DNA of 64,000 nucleotides from the NCBI RefSeq assembly GCF_000143415.4, contig NW_003314297.1:434001-498000 (forward strand). Direction: 5' to 3'. A program made the position numbers and the translations under genes. Shown here one piece after another: positions 11,140 through 24,519 of this stretch (position 1 is the first letter of the stretch; each line of letters opens with the position of its first letter). Below the pieces are notes generated by a model that was given only the letters and a program-made list of their open reading frames with translations, ran no database searches and was not told the origin of the DNA. Source of the stretch: Selaginella moellendorffii. Its lineage: Eukaryota > Plantae > Lycopodiophyta.

Positions 11140-12570
11140 GCCTACATCAATTTTAGTGGCTGAGTTATGCAGCTTCCTTGGTATGGCTAATTACTACCAA
11201 CAATTCTAGAGTACAAGTTTGTGGAGGTAGTTATTCCTTTGACATGGTTGTTGCGCAAGAATATACCATTTGAGTGGAAGAAGCCACATGAGGAGAGTTT
11301 TATAGCATTGCAATAGTCGTTGAGCACAGCTCTAGTGCTTCGTATTGCTAATCCATCAAAACTTTACGAGGTGTTATATGATATGAGTGGTTATACACGG
11401 AATTCTCATGCAAGAGGGACAACCTATTGCATATGAGAGTTGAATTTTGAGTTCCACGGAATAATATTGTTCCACATATGAGCAAGAGTTACTCTCCATT
11501 GCTCATGCTTTGTGGACATGGCAACACTATCTTTATGGTGTAGTGTTCGTGGTGTTGACAGATCACAAACCTCTTATATACTTTTTCACACAGAAGGAAT
11601 TGAACACTAGGCAAGTTCATTAGATAGTCAAACTCATAGAGTTTGGGGAGTTTCTTATTGAGCATTGTCCGAGAAAATCGAATGTGGTAGTAGATGCTTT
11701 ATCTCATGTTCATTATGTGATAGTGTTATAAACACAATTTTGTCATTATTTAAGTAAAATGGTCAACAAGTTTTGGTAGTTGTTGAGTGTGCTTAAGCTC
11801 AAGATGCAAGATGGAAACATCTTTCTCATTGGTGGATGGGATTCTTTGCCATAATGGCTATGTATATTTGCCATGGGTGGATGGGTTAATTACTCAAGTT
11901 TTATTCCACTATCATGATTGTCCAGAGGCCGGTCATTTTAGGGGGAAGAAGACATATGAGTTGATTAAGTGCAATTTTTATTGGAGGAATATAAAAGCTG
12001 ATATCCTTAAGTATTATAAATCATATAAACTCTGTCAGCAAGTAAAGGTATCACAAGAGAAGCCAGAGGGACTTTTGCAACCTTCACTTATTTCTCAAAG
12101 CTATTGGTGTAGTATCTTTATGGACTTCATCACTTGTTTGCCACGAACATAAAGGCAAATGGAGCAAATATGGGTCATAGTGGATCGGTTGACATAGTAT
12201 ATATGGTTGTTGGCTCTTTAGGAGACTATCATTGCCTCAGAATTAGCTAAAGTCTACTTAGAGAGGTTTTTCTTAATTTTAGTTGCTGGAGGACATCATT
12301 AGTGATTGAGATTCAAAGTTCACTAGTGGATTTTGAAAGAGCTTTGCAAAGGCTATACAGGTAACTTTGAAACTCTCAATTGGAGATCATCCTCAAATTG
12401 ATAGGCAAACCGAGTGTGTGAATCAGGTAGTAAAGGATATACTACGCTATAACATTGGTCAAAGGTAGGGACAATTGAATTTATATCTTCCATTGGTGCA
12501 ATTTACTTATAACAATAGCTAATAAAGTGGAACTAAATTAAATCCTTATTTTGCCATGTTTGGAAAGCAT
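11140..12570 (+). mobile_element. Degenerate Ty3/gypsy pol (RT connection, RNase H, integrase)
   Basis: ELCSFLGMANYY, QEGQPIAYES, WQHYLYG..TDHKPL, HDCPEAGHF..CQQVK, MDFITCLPRT and HPQIDRQTECVNQ in RH-INT order, with many stops. Confidence 0.85.
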
Positions 12571-13127
12571 CCCTAAACAATGGTGGAGTTGAGATTACAT
12601 TTGAGTAAGGATGTTCAAGATAAGTTTGATTCCAAGGTAACTAATTTGGCCATAGAACTTGATAAGATTTTGGTGGTGGTACATATTCCAATCTAGCCAT
12701 AATACTAAAGATGAATAAAATAAGAAATGTGAGGTCCAAGTGTACAGCTATGATGCCATATACTAATATTAGTGTAGTGGGATTTTGGTAGCCATTATAT
12801 TAGTTTCAATTCAGACTATTCACTCTTATATATAAGCTAGAGTTTTGGGGCTAATGAATATGCATATTTCTTGTATTCTCTTTCTTTATTCCATGCACTT
12901 GCATTAGTGGAGGTGAAAGGCAATTTTGATTGTTTTTGAGTGCTTACATTTGGGACTTTTGTTTTAGATCTAGCTTTTACATTGTCTAGATTTCCTTTTC
13001 CTTTTAGTTTTTTCTATTTTTTTCTTTTTCTTTTTGTTTAGATCTAGCTTTTACATTGTTTAGATCTCCCTTTCCTTCTAGTTTTTTCTATTTCTTTTCT
13101 TTTGCTCTTTCCTTTTTATTCGTCTTC

Positions 13128-14540
13128 ATGGCAAAGTAGTAGTCTCCTCCTCCTTTGACTCTGGAGCAACAGTTAGTGCAATTGCTCGATACTATGCACT
13201 TGCAATTAAACAACCAAAGTCAGTTGTGTAAACTCTTGAGTTTAGACTTCCCGGGAGGTCACCCATCCTAGTACTATTCAAATCCAAGAACGCTTAACCC
13301 CAAATATCCCAAGACCCTTAACTAATTGGAAAAGGGGGTGCACTCTTATTCATGGGCCCTTTCCCTTTATATTTGAACCCCATGGATCATATATCAAGTT
13401 ATTCTCTTTGGTTGCTTACAATCCACCATGCTTCCTTATAAGTTCACGCCCTCGTGAACGGAAGCTGAGAGCCGCAGCTCTCCCGAGAGCCCCGCTCTCT
13501 TACCCCTTGGGTCGAGCCCAACGGGAGCAAACTGGACCAGCCAGATGTCAATCAATATGTGGTGTGATTCCCTTAGCCAACCAACAGAGTCGAACCCGAG
13601 ACTGCTCTAATACCAAATATAAGCTTCTAAGTTTAGACTTCCTGGGAGGTTACCCATTCTAGTATTATTCAAACCCAAGGACGCTTAACCCCAAATATCC
13701 CAAGACCCTTAATCAATTAGAAAAGGTGGTGCACTCTTATTCATAGGCCCTTTCCCTTTATATTTGAACCCTATGGATTGTATCTCAAGTCGTTCTCTTT
13801 GGTTGCTTACAAGTTGATGGCAACATTCATGACATGTGATATAACTCCTTTTGCTCTTGTTGCTAATCCTTGCATTTGGCCAAATTTCTTCTGTGGGGAT
13901 GATATGTATTATTGGTTCAATCACGTCATGGTGTTTGCCACATATCATTCTTGGGATGATGCTCGACATTTGCATTTCCCACGTGTTTCCAAGAGATGGC
14001 ACTACAGTGGTATAATGGTTTGAGCGCAACCACTCGTGAGGATTGGAGTATTCTTCCGGACATCTTCAAACATGCATTTGGACATGCTGACGATTGTGAT
14101 AATGCATTTTAACAATTATATTTTTTTTGTCAAGGGCCATTTGAGTTGGTGATGCAATTTGGCATTCGTTTCTAAAGCCTCTTACTTCATGTAGAGCCAA
14201 ATATGTCAGAGTGAATCAAGCTAGGAATGTTGTGGCCAGCACTTTGTCAAGATCTTGTAGGACTTGTGCATGCACTTGCTCTAGCCACCCTTAATAATGC
14301 CCTTTTTTTGGCACAACATTATGAGACATTGCCTCTTCCACTTCTCGTTACACGTCCTTTAGCTCCACTTTCTGTGGGAGATAGTCCTATTTCAATGGAA
14401 GTTAATGTTGTTGCTGCCCGAGTTCAAGGATAAGGGCGAGGACGTAGTCATGGCCATGATGTCCATTATTGGGCATGTGATAAAGTTAGTCACACTTATC
14501 GGCATTATCAGTGTTTTTTGGATTGGCAACTTCCATTTCC
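13128..14540 (+). mobile_element. Degenerate retrotransposon gag, interrupted by Cassandra
   Basis: The reading continues across the Cassandra TSD: PNFFCGDDMYYWF..WDD. Degenerate zinc knuckle (WACDKVSHTYRH) at ~14470-14510. Confidence 0.5.
13227..13811 (-). mobile_element. Full-length Cassandra TRIM with 5S rRNA-derived segment in both LTRs
   Basis: Two 194-bp LTRs (13227-13420, 13618-13811), 5-bp TSD AGTTG/AGTTG, PBS TGGTATTAGAGC (13604-13615, minus). The LTR core on the minus strand, GTTAAGCGT.CTTGG....ATAGTACTAGGATGGGTGACCTCCCGGGAAGTC, matches the plant 5S A-box/C-box region. Confidence 0.92.
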
Positions 14541-15237
14541 TTGGTGAAGACTTTGGCATCAACAACGTCCTATTGGTGTTACTATAGTAAAAGGTTTAAA
14601 CATAGTAATGGAGGGACCTTTCATGAATAAGTCAATAACCCCTCCATCTTTCTTTCAGGAGTATCATCAAGGGGTTCACTCTATGCTATTTTATCTAGTG
14701 TTTACTTTCCAAGATTGTTTTTATGGTCTAAAAGGAACGCACCTACTTGTCTGGGAAGTTATGTCGGGAAGCTCATCTTCTTCACTTTCATCACTGGAGA
14801 GAATAACATCTTCATCCTTCATTGCTTACACAGTTGGTTGTGAAACTGATGCAGTCTCCTCTACTTGCTTTGGAGATTCTTTAACTAGAATCTCTTCTAT
14901 CTGATTACCTTTATCCCAACATATATTCTCCAAAGTAACTGATCCTAGCTTTAACTTGAATCTTCTAAAGAGGAAGCTCTCTCTTATAACACTCTTAGAG
15001 AAAAAAATTGAAAGCTCTTGATTGAACTTCAAGTAGAATTCTCTCATATCTTCTCTTTGCTCAAGCACTTAGAAAAAATTTGGGGAGAAATTGACAAGGA
15101 AGAATAAAGATATTCTTCTGTATTGTGAGCTTTAATTAGCTGTGTCCTTGCAAAGGACAAGTTAATTATTTTAACAAAATATACAACCGTTAGAATCTAG
15201 AGATATATAAGAATCTTAAAAAGCCACTCATATTAAT

Positions 15238-15638
15238 TGTATAATTGATTGTGAGAGGAATAATACTATTGAAATGAATAGGGTTATGAGTGAAAGGCAT
15301 TGATTAATCACAAAAGTTGTAACATTGATTGCTTGTTCTCCCTCTCATCTCCATACTCTTTTCCCTTCAAAAAAATTTCATTCTTTTGTGATAAGTGAGA
15401 GAAAGCCAAGCTCGAAAAGGTTGGTTTGTGTGTCGTTTTATCATGTGCGAACCAACCTTTCCAAGTTTGACTCTCTCTCACTTATCACAAAAGAATGAAA
15501 CTCTTTTGAAAGGAAAAGAGCATGGTGATGAAAAGGAGAACAGGCAATCAATATTACAACTCTTGTAATTAATCAGCACCTCTCACTCATAACCCTATTC
15601 ATTTCAACAGTATTATTCCTCTTACAATTAATTACACA
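15238..15638. repeat. ~400-bp near-perfect inverted repeat (foldback or MITE-like)
   Basis: ~190-bp arms, e.g. GAAATGAATAGGGTTATGAGTGA vs TCACTCATAACCCTATTCATTTC, with a ~20-bp loop at ~15428-15449. Mismatches are mostly transitions. Confidence 0.9.
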
Positions 15639-16329
15639 TATCTAATATCTAAAGCATTGAAAAATTGTCTCCTTGGAAAGAACACATGAAATCTAGATCC
15701 TGAGTACATAACCATCTTGCCAGATGATGCCAAGAAGGACTTTCCAAACTTACAGTTGTCACAGCCAAAGGAGTATAACATGAACACGACCAAGTAGGAG
15801 CAACCTCCAGCATCTCCACCGCACATAGCAACACCACCAAATCCAGCTCTTGACACCAATGCCGGCAACATGTCACATCACTCCAAACACTGCAGTCAAG
15901 AGTGTCCTGAGTTTTTGAGTTAAGCTCAAGTCAATGAAAGTCAATATAGTCTAGCAAATACAAAATTTGATGTTCAAATGATTGGTTTGGGACGAACTAA
16001 CAATTCTATTCAAAACATAAGACATATTTTCAGTCCAAGAAAAAGCTAAATAATATAGGTCCAATAAGAAAATAAATATCATAAGTCAAAGAACAAACTC
16101 TATATTGTCACTAAAAAATTCGACTAAAAAAAAACTTAGTCTTCCTAGGCATCCACATCCACAAAAGGAGGAGTGCGTATAGTATTATGCTCTTTAACTA
16201 TGGGCTCTTGTTGTATATGAGCTTATGCCATTGCTCCTGCATAACATGGCAAATTATAGCCCACATCATTGATTCACCTAATATACACACATGATGGAAT
16301 TACTATAATGAGAAATTTATACTTTATTA

Positions 16330-19300
16330 TCACCTATTATGAAATGTCCCAAGAACACCTTCAAATGCACTCTCCTTCTCCATGCAAAAGCTGCACGGCC
16401 AGTCTCTTTAGCTACTAGCACCATCGAACCAAAACCTATTGTAGCATCAAGCACAATCCCTTTAGGAGGACAAAACAACTCTAGGAGAATTTACATGGCC
16501 TTTGGTGAACGGTGTCGATAGCCAAGGAACTCTATATGATGGTCCTCATCATTGACATTCGGGATGATATTTTTTGAGCTATCATATCCTGGCAATGCCA
16601 AACCTACACACTCATCAATTCATGTAATACTGTGATGGCAAGAGTAGCGGCAGAGAACATGGTAGTTCCATGCTAAAACCTACAATGAAAAGAGGCAATC
16701 AATTTAAGATATGAAAAATAAGGAAATGCAAACCTTTTGTATTCAGCCACCTGCTCCTTTTGTTTCAACTAGGATGTTTGAGAGTAGGCAGCCTGATGCA
16801 AACTCAACCAATCTAGAGTCATCATTCTCTGCTATCATTGCAAGAAGACCTCCCCAAAATAAAGAACGAGGAAGAATGACTAGCATAATGCCCTCATATT
16901 GCAACACCTTGGATGCCTCATCTACGCTTGAGAAATATGGTCTAGTCGAAGGATGTTCCAAGATGGAGTGTCACCTTGTAAAGGTGGTAACCCATCAGGC
17001 AAGTTGAAGAACACAAGGTCAATGCCGAAATTATTGTTCATTCCCAATCCTTGCATCCATCAATGGAATATAGAAGACTCTCAACTCACGTTGTTGGAAA
17101 GCTGAAAATAGTCCCCAATAACTATTTCCACATTGCCAACACTTCCCGTAAGAGAAAGAGGGTGAACTTGAATAGTTTTCAAAACTGGGAAATATTAAAG
17201 TTAATACATGGTTTTTTTCATACCTGTTTATGTGAAGCTGATGAAGATAACTCTTGGAGGTCATCCTCTGTAGTAGTGGGGAGGGATGGAAAGAATGCAT
17301 TTGTATGTCAGTGTATAGAGTGCTAATTGGTTTCTCCAACATCTACAACTAAATTACAATAAGCAAGGTCATTGGAAATCAAGTTCTTATTCTCTTGAAC
17401 ATCCTCACTATAGAGCTGCCTTTATACATTTCAAGTAGTCAAGGCTAGACGAGCAGCGGTAGTAGGATCTGGGGAATGAGCAACTGCTGTAGGATGAGAT
17501 GGAGTAGGAGAGTTTTCAGCCAAGTTCTCTACTTTTTCCCCTTCAGTCTGCTCAATATGAATCTTGTCCCTATCCTGAGGCAATCTCCACTCCCTCCAAA
17601 AGTGCCTCTACAATAAAGTAGAAACATAAGTTACTACTAGGAAGTTTTACTTCTCAAACCTAGATGACACTCGAGGTAGAGATCAAGCTCAAAAGGTGAT
17701 AATGGCATTTGCCTCCACAATTCCAAGTACCATGGACAAAGTTTTCACTCCTATGCAGTGGGACAATGGAACTCTGGCTCATATATGCTAAGCTTCTTCT
17801 CACTAGTTAAGAGTTTGAGAAAAACACTTGCTGTGTACATTAGAGCACCTGGGCAATGATTTAAATACCTACAAAAGAGCCATAATTAAATAAGCAAGGT
17901 AATTTCTTGCAATATACCTATATGCCATGCAATGTGAGAAAAATGGTTGGCCCGGCTAGTTCTTGAAATCCTCGGACATATTCTGGAAGTGTTATGCTAG
18001 TGTGGGGCACTAGTAAGGAACTTTGTATCTCATGCTTGAAGTAGCTCCTCAGCAACCACAATACTCTGAGTGATATAGGGCTTTTCCTTCATCACATTCT
18101 CAAGTTTGCTCTCCAACATTTTATCAATGTTATGATGCCAAGTGTTGAAGAGCTTATTTGTTGAAGGAGAGCTTGCTTTTTGCGATGTTATAGATCAATT
18201 CTTCAGGTGCTTTACCATTTCCTACAAGGACAAGGATTTCAAAGTGGAATGAGAAAGATAAAGGGACTAATTTACTGCTACGAGAGCATATCTTTGCAAT
18301 ACAATCCAACAAATCTTTATTGTGTCGGATGTTTGTAATCACAAGTAGCTTCTTCACCTTTGATTTCTTTGAGTTCAAAATGCACTTCTCAATTTGTTGC
18401 AGTTCAAGGTTCTTTTGCACCTCATTTGTCACTTGCGTAATTTTCAAATATGAGTTTTGCTCTACCTTGACAATTGGTTAAAAGGAAAACTTATGAGTAG
18501 AAAACACATGTTCATGCAAGAAAAGGATACCTTTGCCCAAACTGTGACCAAAAAATCTATAGGCACTTGATACCAAGTAAGCAACTCTTGGCCTTTATAT
18601 GCTACAAGCTTTGCTTGAACTACTTCCATAACCTCATAACTATACAGCATTTAGATTTCCTCGAGAGAAAGCATGCCAACATATCAAAAGTGCTCAATAT
18701 CATGGACCAAGGTATGTGCTTGGAAAGCAAACTGATTAAGCTTGTAACATTGTTGGTGAGAACAAAGGTTACTAGTAAGGGATTCTTATATGTTGATTTT
18801 GTGATATGCCAAATTGAGCCTTACAGCTTGGTTTCGATCCTGTGGCTCCACAAGTGTCACTAGAACACAAATATATCACTCATCATCATCTTGGAACTTC
18901 TCTTGGATACACCTCCAAAATGCTAGCCACTAATGGTTTCCATCAATAATGAAGAACATCCGGCCAAAAAAGGCTTGTGTCTCCTTGTGGCATGCTATCA
19001 AAGTATCAAACTCCTGAGATTTCCTTTGCCATATTTGATCCCAAGTCTGCTCAATCTCGTGGGTAACCATGTCTATGCGATTTATTCCGGGGAATGATGA
19101 TGACACAATAAATGATCCAGCAGTGTGCCTAAATCCAACCTTTGTGAAAGAAGTATAAATAGCCATTTTGAGGTTGTGGGCTAAGTGCACCCAATGACTC
19201 TGCTTAAAACAGCAAAGTGGAATCTGAAGATGTTAGGATCCTTTCCAAGCCATTTCACCTAACACCCTATTGATAGTTCATTCTTGAGTTTGGACAATAA

Positions 19301-19757
19301 TCTCATATACTTGCTCATTCAAGATTGTGTCGGCCTCTAGCATAGTTACCACCTCATTTCTGTGACCTTCAAGAGCAATAGCATGTCTGCCATTTCCACC
19401 ACCAAGATCTGCCCCACCACCTATAGCATCAGGTGCCTCATTTCTGCCACCAAGTTCTGCCCCACCACCTATGGCACTAGGTACCCCATTTCCACCACCA
19501 CCAACAGCTTCTCTTGTGCTTTAGATAGATTCTGCATTTCCATGCTCTCTAGAACCATCTATCTCCTGCATGCTAACACCTAGATCAAGATTAACCATTG
19601 CTTGGATCTGAACACCACTGCTCCCACCATGATCTTCCTCCGAAGTAGTGCCTTGAACTTATAAGGTGTCCCTAGTGAATCTAGCATAATGATCTAGTCA
19701 TTTTCCTAGAGAATGGGTCCATTGAGGTTGACCAACACACTTCTTTTGTTGTGGCAT
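16330..19757 (-). pseudogene. ParB/Srx-like + beta-class N4-cytosine/N6-adenine DNA methyltransferase-fold gene, copy 1 (spliced, decayed)
   Basis: ATG 19757 (MPQQKK), Gly-rich N-terminus, HLQIPLCC..., MFFIIDGNH*W (18927-18950), several GT-AG introns, GIDLVFFNLPDG (16992-17026, motif IV position), ASKVLQYEGIMLVIL, ELFCPPKGIVLDATIGFGSMVLVAKETGRAAFA (motifs X-I-II, ~16390-16480). Stop at 16330. Confidence 0.75.
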
Positions 19758-19834
19758 GATTTATATGTTTGCATAAAAATGACAAAAAAACCTGAGTAAA
19801 CATTAAAAGAAAGTTTTGAAGAACAATAGGAGCA

Positions 19835-20360
19835 ATTTTCTTGGCATTGGGAAGATTGGTTTGTTGCCGAACCAGTCTTCTAGCACCAAGGGAACAAAAG
19901 GAAAAAAAAAAAAAGTAGCTCCCTTGGTGGTGGGAAGACTAGTTCGTTATTGAATTAATCTTCCAGCACCAAGGGATCGAAAAAAAAATGAAAAGAAGTA
20001 ACTCCCTTGGCGATGGGAAAATTGTTCGATGGCAAACCAATCTTCTAATGCCAAGAAAAATAAAGAAAAAAAGAAAAGGAATAGCTCCTTTAGATTGGTT
20101 CAGTGGTGAACCAATCTTCTATTGCTGAGGGGAAAAAAAAAAGAAAAGAAGTAGTTCCTTTGGCGCTGGGAAGATCAGTTTGTCATTGAATTGATCTTCT
20201 CAGGGCCAAGGGAACAAAAAAAGAAAAAAAGAAGCAGTTCCTAAATCAATTTGTCACCGAACCGATCTTACAGCACCAAGGAAACGACAAGAAAAACAAA
20301 AAACAAGAATCTAATATGTTGGGAAGATTGGTTTATTGCCAAACTGATCATTCCAGCATG
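19835..20360. repeat. Tandem array of ~7 hairpin units (~70-85 bp) separated by A-tracts
   Basis: Inferred consensus CCCTTGGCGCTGGGAAGATCGGTTCG-TCGC-CGAACCGATCTTCCAGCGCCAAGGG plus an AAAAAGAAAAGAAGTAGCT spacer; e.g. 19921-19975. Confidence 0.85.
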
Positions 20361-22559
20361 AAGTAGCCATGAGGCGCAAGTTACTCGTGAGCTAGGAGCA
20401 AAAAATGGGGAGATGGAAAAGCAATAGAGAGAGGTATACCTTGATTGAGGGGTGTCTTTCTAGTGTCTTGAAGAGCATTTCGCATCTTGATTGAGAAGCA
20501 TCTTAAAGCACATTGCAAGATTCAAGTGTTTTTCTCTCACCCTTCCCTGCTTAAACCTTAGTAGTAAAACCCTAAAACTTAATGGTCACAATCAATGGTC
20601 ACGATCAATGGTCATGATTTTCATTCTCTTTAATAACAATTGCTTTCTAGATTTTAGTGATATGTCAATTTTTAATAGTACTTTAATTTTGCAAATTGTA
20701 GGATATATTTATTGGACAAATCCACTATGAACATGGGTCTTGAATCTTCTCTTGAATTTCCTTGCCTTGAGCTTCATGATCTTTGTTGTTGGTTGTTCCC
20801 TTGACAACTTTTCTACTCTTATGTGTAGATGTTGCCTTGGCATTGTGTGTGGGTGGTGTTATCTTTGCTGATGCTCTTCATCTCTTTAATGGTGGAGTTA
20901 GTGCTAATAATGACTCTTCTTCTTCATCTTCTTCCTTGCTTCCTTCATCATCTTCATCCTCTTTGTCATCATTGTAGATGAGGATGAAATATTCTTGTCT
21001 TTTTGTAGTGCATTCCCTTTTTCTTCGTGTTCATGGTGTCTCTATATTTGTGGCTTTGCTTGGTCTTTTGTTGCTGTCATCTGTTGCTATCTCTTTGATT
21101 TTTAGTGGAATGGTAGTGTCAAGCTTCGGGAAGAGTGCTGTGAATTAGGGAAGTGCAAGTGTTTTGTATTTGAGGCCGTCCTAGATCATCATCATTGTGA
21201 TGTGGAGTTCCTTGATAAGCTTGTCACGAAGGTAGCTTGTGATGTTGACTTGTGTCTTCTGCTGCAAGTCATCATAGAGAATTGCAATTGCTTTGCCAAT
21301 GGAAGTCATGGACTTACACATCTCTAGTGTTGAGATTAGAAATTTGAGTTGTGGCTTGGCTTCGTCGACCATATTGCTCATTTGCAAAGAATTTCCACTA
21401 TTGTAATTCTCAAGTACCTTGATACACTTTGGTGGAATCCCCTTCATGCATGGAATCAATGTCACTCACTCTCCACTGGTGAGAATTTTGAATGCCCATG
21501 TGAAGTACTTGGGACTCAAAATAAATTTGTAGTCATTAGTGTGTATGAAATCTTTTTTGTATGTTGGGAGAATCTTCTTGGTGATGTTAATGTCATATAG
21601 CTTTTCCATAATCTTGGAGAATTCATAAAGCTCAATTTTGTATAGCCATATGTTGAGGCTTTTAGTTCTCTTCCAAGTAGGATTGCAAGGTGAGAGGAGA
21701 CTCATTTGATCGTATTAACAGCCTTGGGATCAAAGATGAACTCCTTGGTGATGCCATGCACTTGCATGCCTCGCTTTCCCATTTTATTTTCTTAATCTTG
21801 GCATTTAATACTGTAGTTAGAGGCACTAAGGTTAAGAATTTCACCCTTCCTCCAAATTTGATTAAGTGTTAAGTGACTTGGCTTCAATTCTCTAACTTGA
21901 TTTTTCTCTTTCTTGATGTTATTTTCTTGATAGAGCTTGTTTTCTTTTGATCTTGTGCCCATTTGTTATTAAATATTAGTGGATAGTTGATTGTAGTGAT
22001 GTCTTGTCTTGATTTCATAAACTTGGAGTTTGAAAATTTTCTTTGAGTTGAGTTTTTGAGCTTAATTTTCAAGTCTTCTTGGAATTGTCTTTTTGTATTT
22101 GATCATTGAAGTTTTTCTTTGAGTTCATTTCTTGAGTCTGATTCTTAAACTTGATTTCTTGAGATTTCTTTAAGTTGATTTACCTTTTTTTTTAATTCTT
22201 AAATTTTGTGTTGTAAGTTTTTAAATTGTTAAGCGTCATGCTCATGATTTTATTCAATGTCTAATTCTTGAGTTTTAAAGTTGTAATCTTCACTTTTTCC
22301 TAGATTGTTGTTGATAAAATTTTGGTGTTTATTGATCAATATTTCTTGAGCTTGTTGAGGTTGATAGTTTAGAGATATTTGTTGTCGAGTGTTTCCTTGA
22401 AACTATAAAACTTGATCTTTAACTTTGAATTCTTCACTTTTCTTGAATTATATTTCTCTGTCATAGTTGACTTTTTTTCTAGCTTGGATGGCTTCAAGTG
22501 TCTAACTTGCTTGTAGTCATTTTTCATCAAGCTTTTCTAGCATTGCTAATCTTCTCTTG

Positions 22560-22935
22560 ACCAATTCTTCTTAGTTCATCTCCTAATATATTGCCATTTG
22601 TAATGAAGGAACAATGTACTCAAGGGGTATCAAGGCTTCAAAGCCGTAGGCAAGCTTGAATGGTATGAAATTTGTTAAAACCTTATAAGTAGTTTGATAT
22701 GCTTATAAAGCATCATAAATATGATTGTTTCAGTCTTTTTTATTTGTCTTCATAATCTTTTTTAGTATATTCTTGAGGGTCTTATTTATAGATTTGGTTT
22801 GACCATTTCTTTAAAGATAGTATGGTGTTGAAACTTTCTGCTTGATTGTAAACTCTTGGGTCAAAATGTTGATGGTTTTGTTAATAAAGTGTGTTCCTTG
22901 ATTTGTAACAAATTCTACAGGTAAACCATACTAGA
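22560..22935 (-). mobile_element. Ty3/gypsy integrase core remnant
   Basis: VTNQGTHFIN...STPYY..NGQTKSINKTL...AYQTTYK...PFKLAYGFEALIPLE. Confidence 0.75.
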
Positions 22936-23488
22936 ATCTTTTGTTTTATATAGGCTACTTTTGCCATTTAGAATTATCCTTCCATATGATAAAAACATCA
23001 ACTCATCTATTAAGCACACCCCCCAACACTTTAGGTTGTTCTAACATTTATTAAAAATAGCCTCAACTACCATTTTTCATCCATATTTGACTGCCCACAG
23101 TTATTAACTCTAGTTTAAATTCATGAGCACCATTTTCAACCATATGAGGATAATCCTTTGTCTTCTTTATTGTTTAGGAGTCTCTATCCTTTTGTGATCT
23201 CAACTATAGTTATTTACTACAACTATATTAACTATCAAATGCTTATATGGATTACATTCTCACCTCTTTGAGAAAAACCTTTTATTATTCCTAAAATCCC
23301 AAAGTCGTTCCTTTAATGGTCTCTTTCTATTCACCATATTGGTTACAAGTTCACATATAAACTAAAGTGGAGAGCCATACCCTCCGAATATGTAACTCCT
23401 CGAGTATCACCCCACTCCTAGAACCATCACATATCAACATCAAATGGTGATATACTTGACTGCCAATAAAAGTCGAACTAAGGAATAA

Positions 23489-24096
23489 CTCCGATACCAA
23501 GTTGTAAGCAACTAATTTTTCTATTCTACTTTAGTCACTTAACCACATTTTTAACCACTTAGACAATCATAACCTCCACAAGTTTTATTCTTGACTTAAG
23601 GACATACTAGCCTCGTGAATAACCTCTATGCCACTTTGCCTTTGCATTTGGTCCAAGTGCTCCACGTGTCCAATCCTGTGATAGACACCCAAAGGTATCA
23701 TTGACATGTCAGCATGATATACTAAAACTTATATCCATCCACCTTTGTTTTAGTGGTAGTCTAAAATCACCCGTACCATAAACTTGTTACCCTTCCTTAA
23801 TATCCCTTCTTCGGTCCTTACCAAGTCCCTCTCCATCCATGGCAGTGCTCGCCAACACCACTACTGGGTTAGGGCTTGAAGGTTTAACCACTAAATCCTA
23901 TTGACTTCTAGGACTTTCTCACTACTTGACCAAACTTTTGGTCACTATATAAGGGGATTGTTCCTTTTCCTTTCCATAGTTTAGGATTTTGGGATAACAT
24001 TTTGAAACATTGTGGCCCTATGTGAGCCTCATGTGTACTCCCCCCACCTTTCACCTCTAAATGCCCTAGCCATGTGATTAGGTTCTGATGAGTCAC
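23489..24096 (-). mobile_element. Probable 5' LTR with tRNA-iMet PBS
   Basis: TGGTATCGGAG on the minus strand (~23489-23499) next to a TG..CA-bounded segment. The far end is uncertain. Confidence 0.45.
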
Positions 24097-24519
24097 AAAA
24101 AATATTCAAGTAGGTAGTATCACCAACACTTAAATTGAGTGCATCAACCATTCAATCTACCATGGGGGCTTGAGTTGGCTTTTGAACACTTTATCAAGTT
24201 ACCTCACTTGTTTATCCATATTCTAACTCCTTAGTGGTTATATCACCAACCATGTGGGTGTCGCCTTCTTGGGTTACACTAGCTTTTCCTAGCCAAATTG
24301 GTTCCACTAAAGTCTAACTTCTATACTCTCCCTATTATATTTTTGGAACCCCTTGCATCCCCCTTTTGGGGAATGATTGCTTTGGGCTTTCACCCCACAA
24401 CCTGTATTAATATTTGGACTTGGTTTCATATTTGGACTTGAACTCGAACTTGGACTTAAACTCAAACTCAGATTCAGACTCACTCGGTCTCGGTCTCAGT
24501 CTTAACCTCAGTCTCTTTG

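Noticed and set aside
13245-13300. 5S rRNA gene
   Set aside because: Only the internal promoter segment is present, embedded in LTRs; it is part of Cassandra.
14600-15100. Minus-strand coding-like remnant (MLEQREDMREF...)
   Set aside because: Looks like a decayed gene start, but no family is recognisable.
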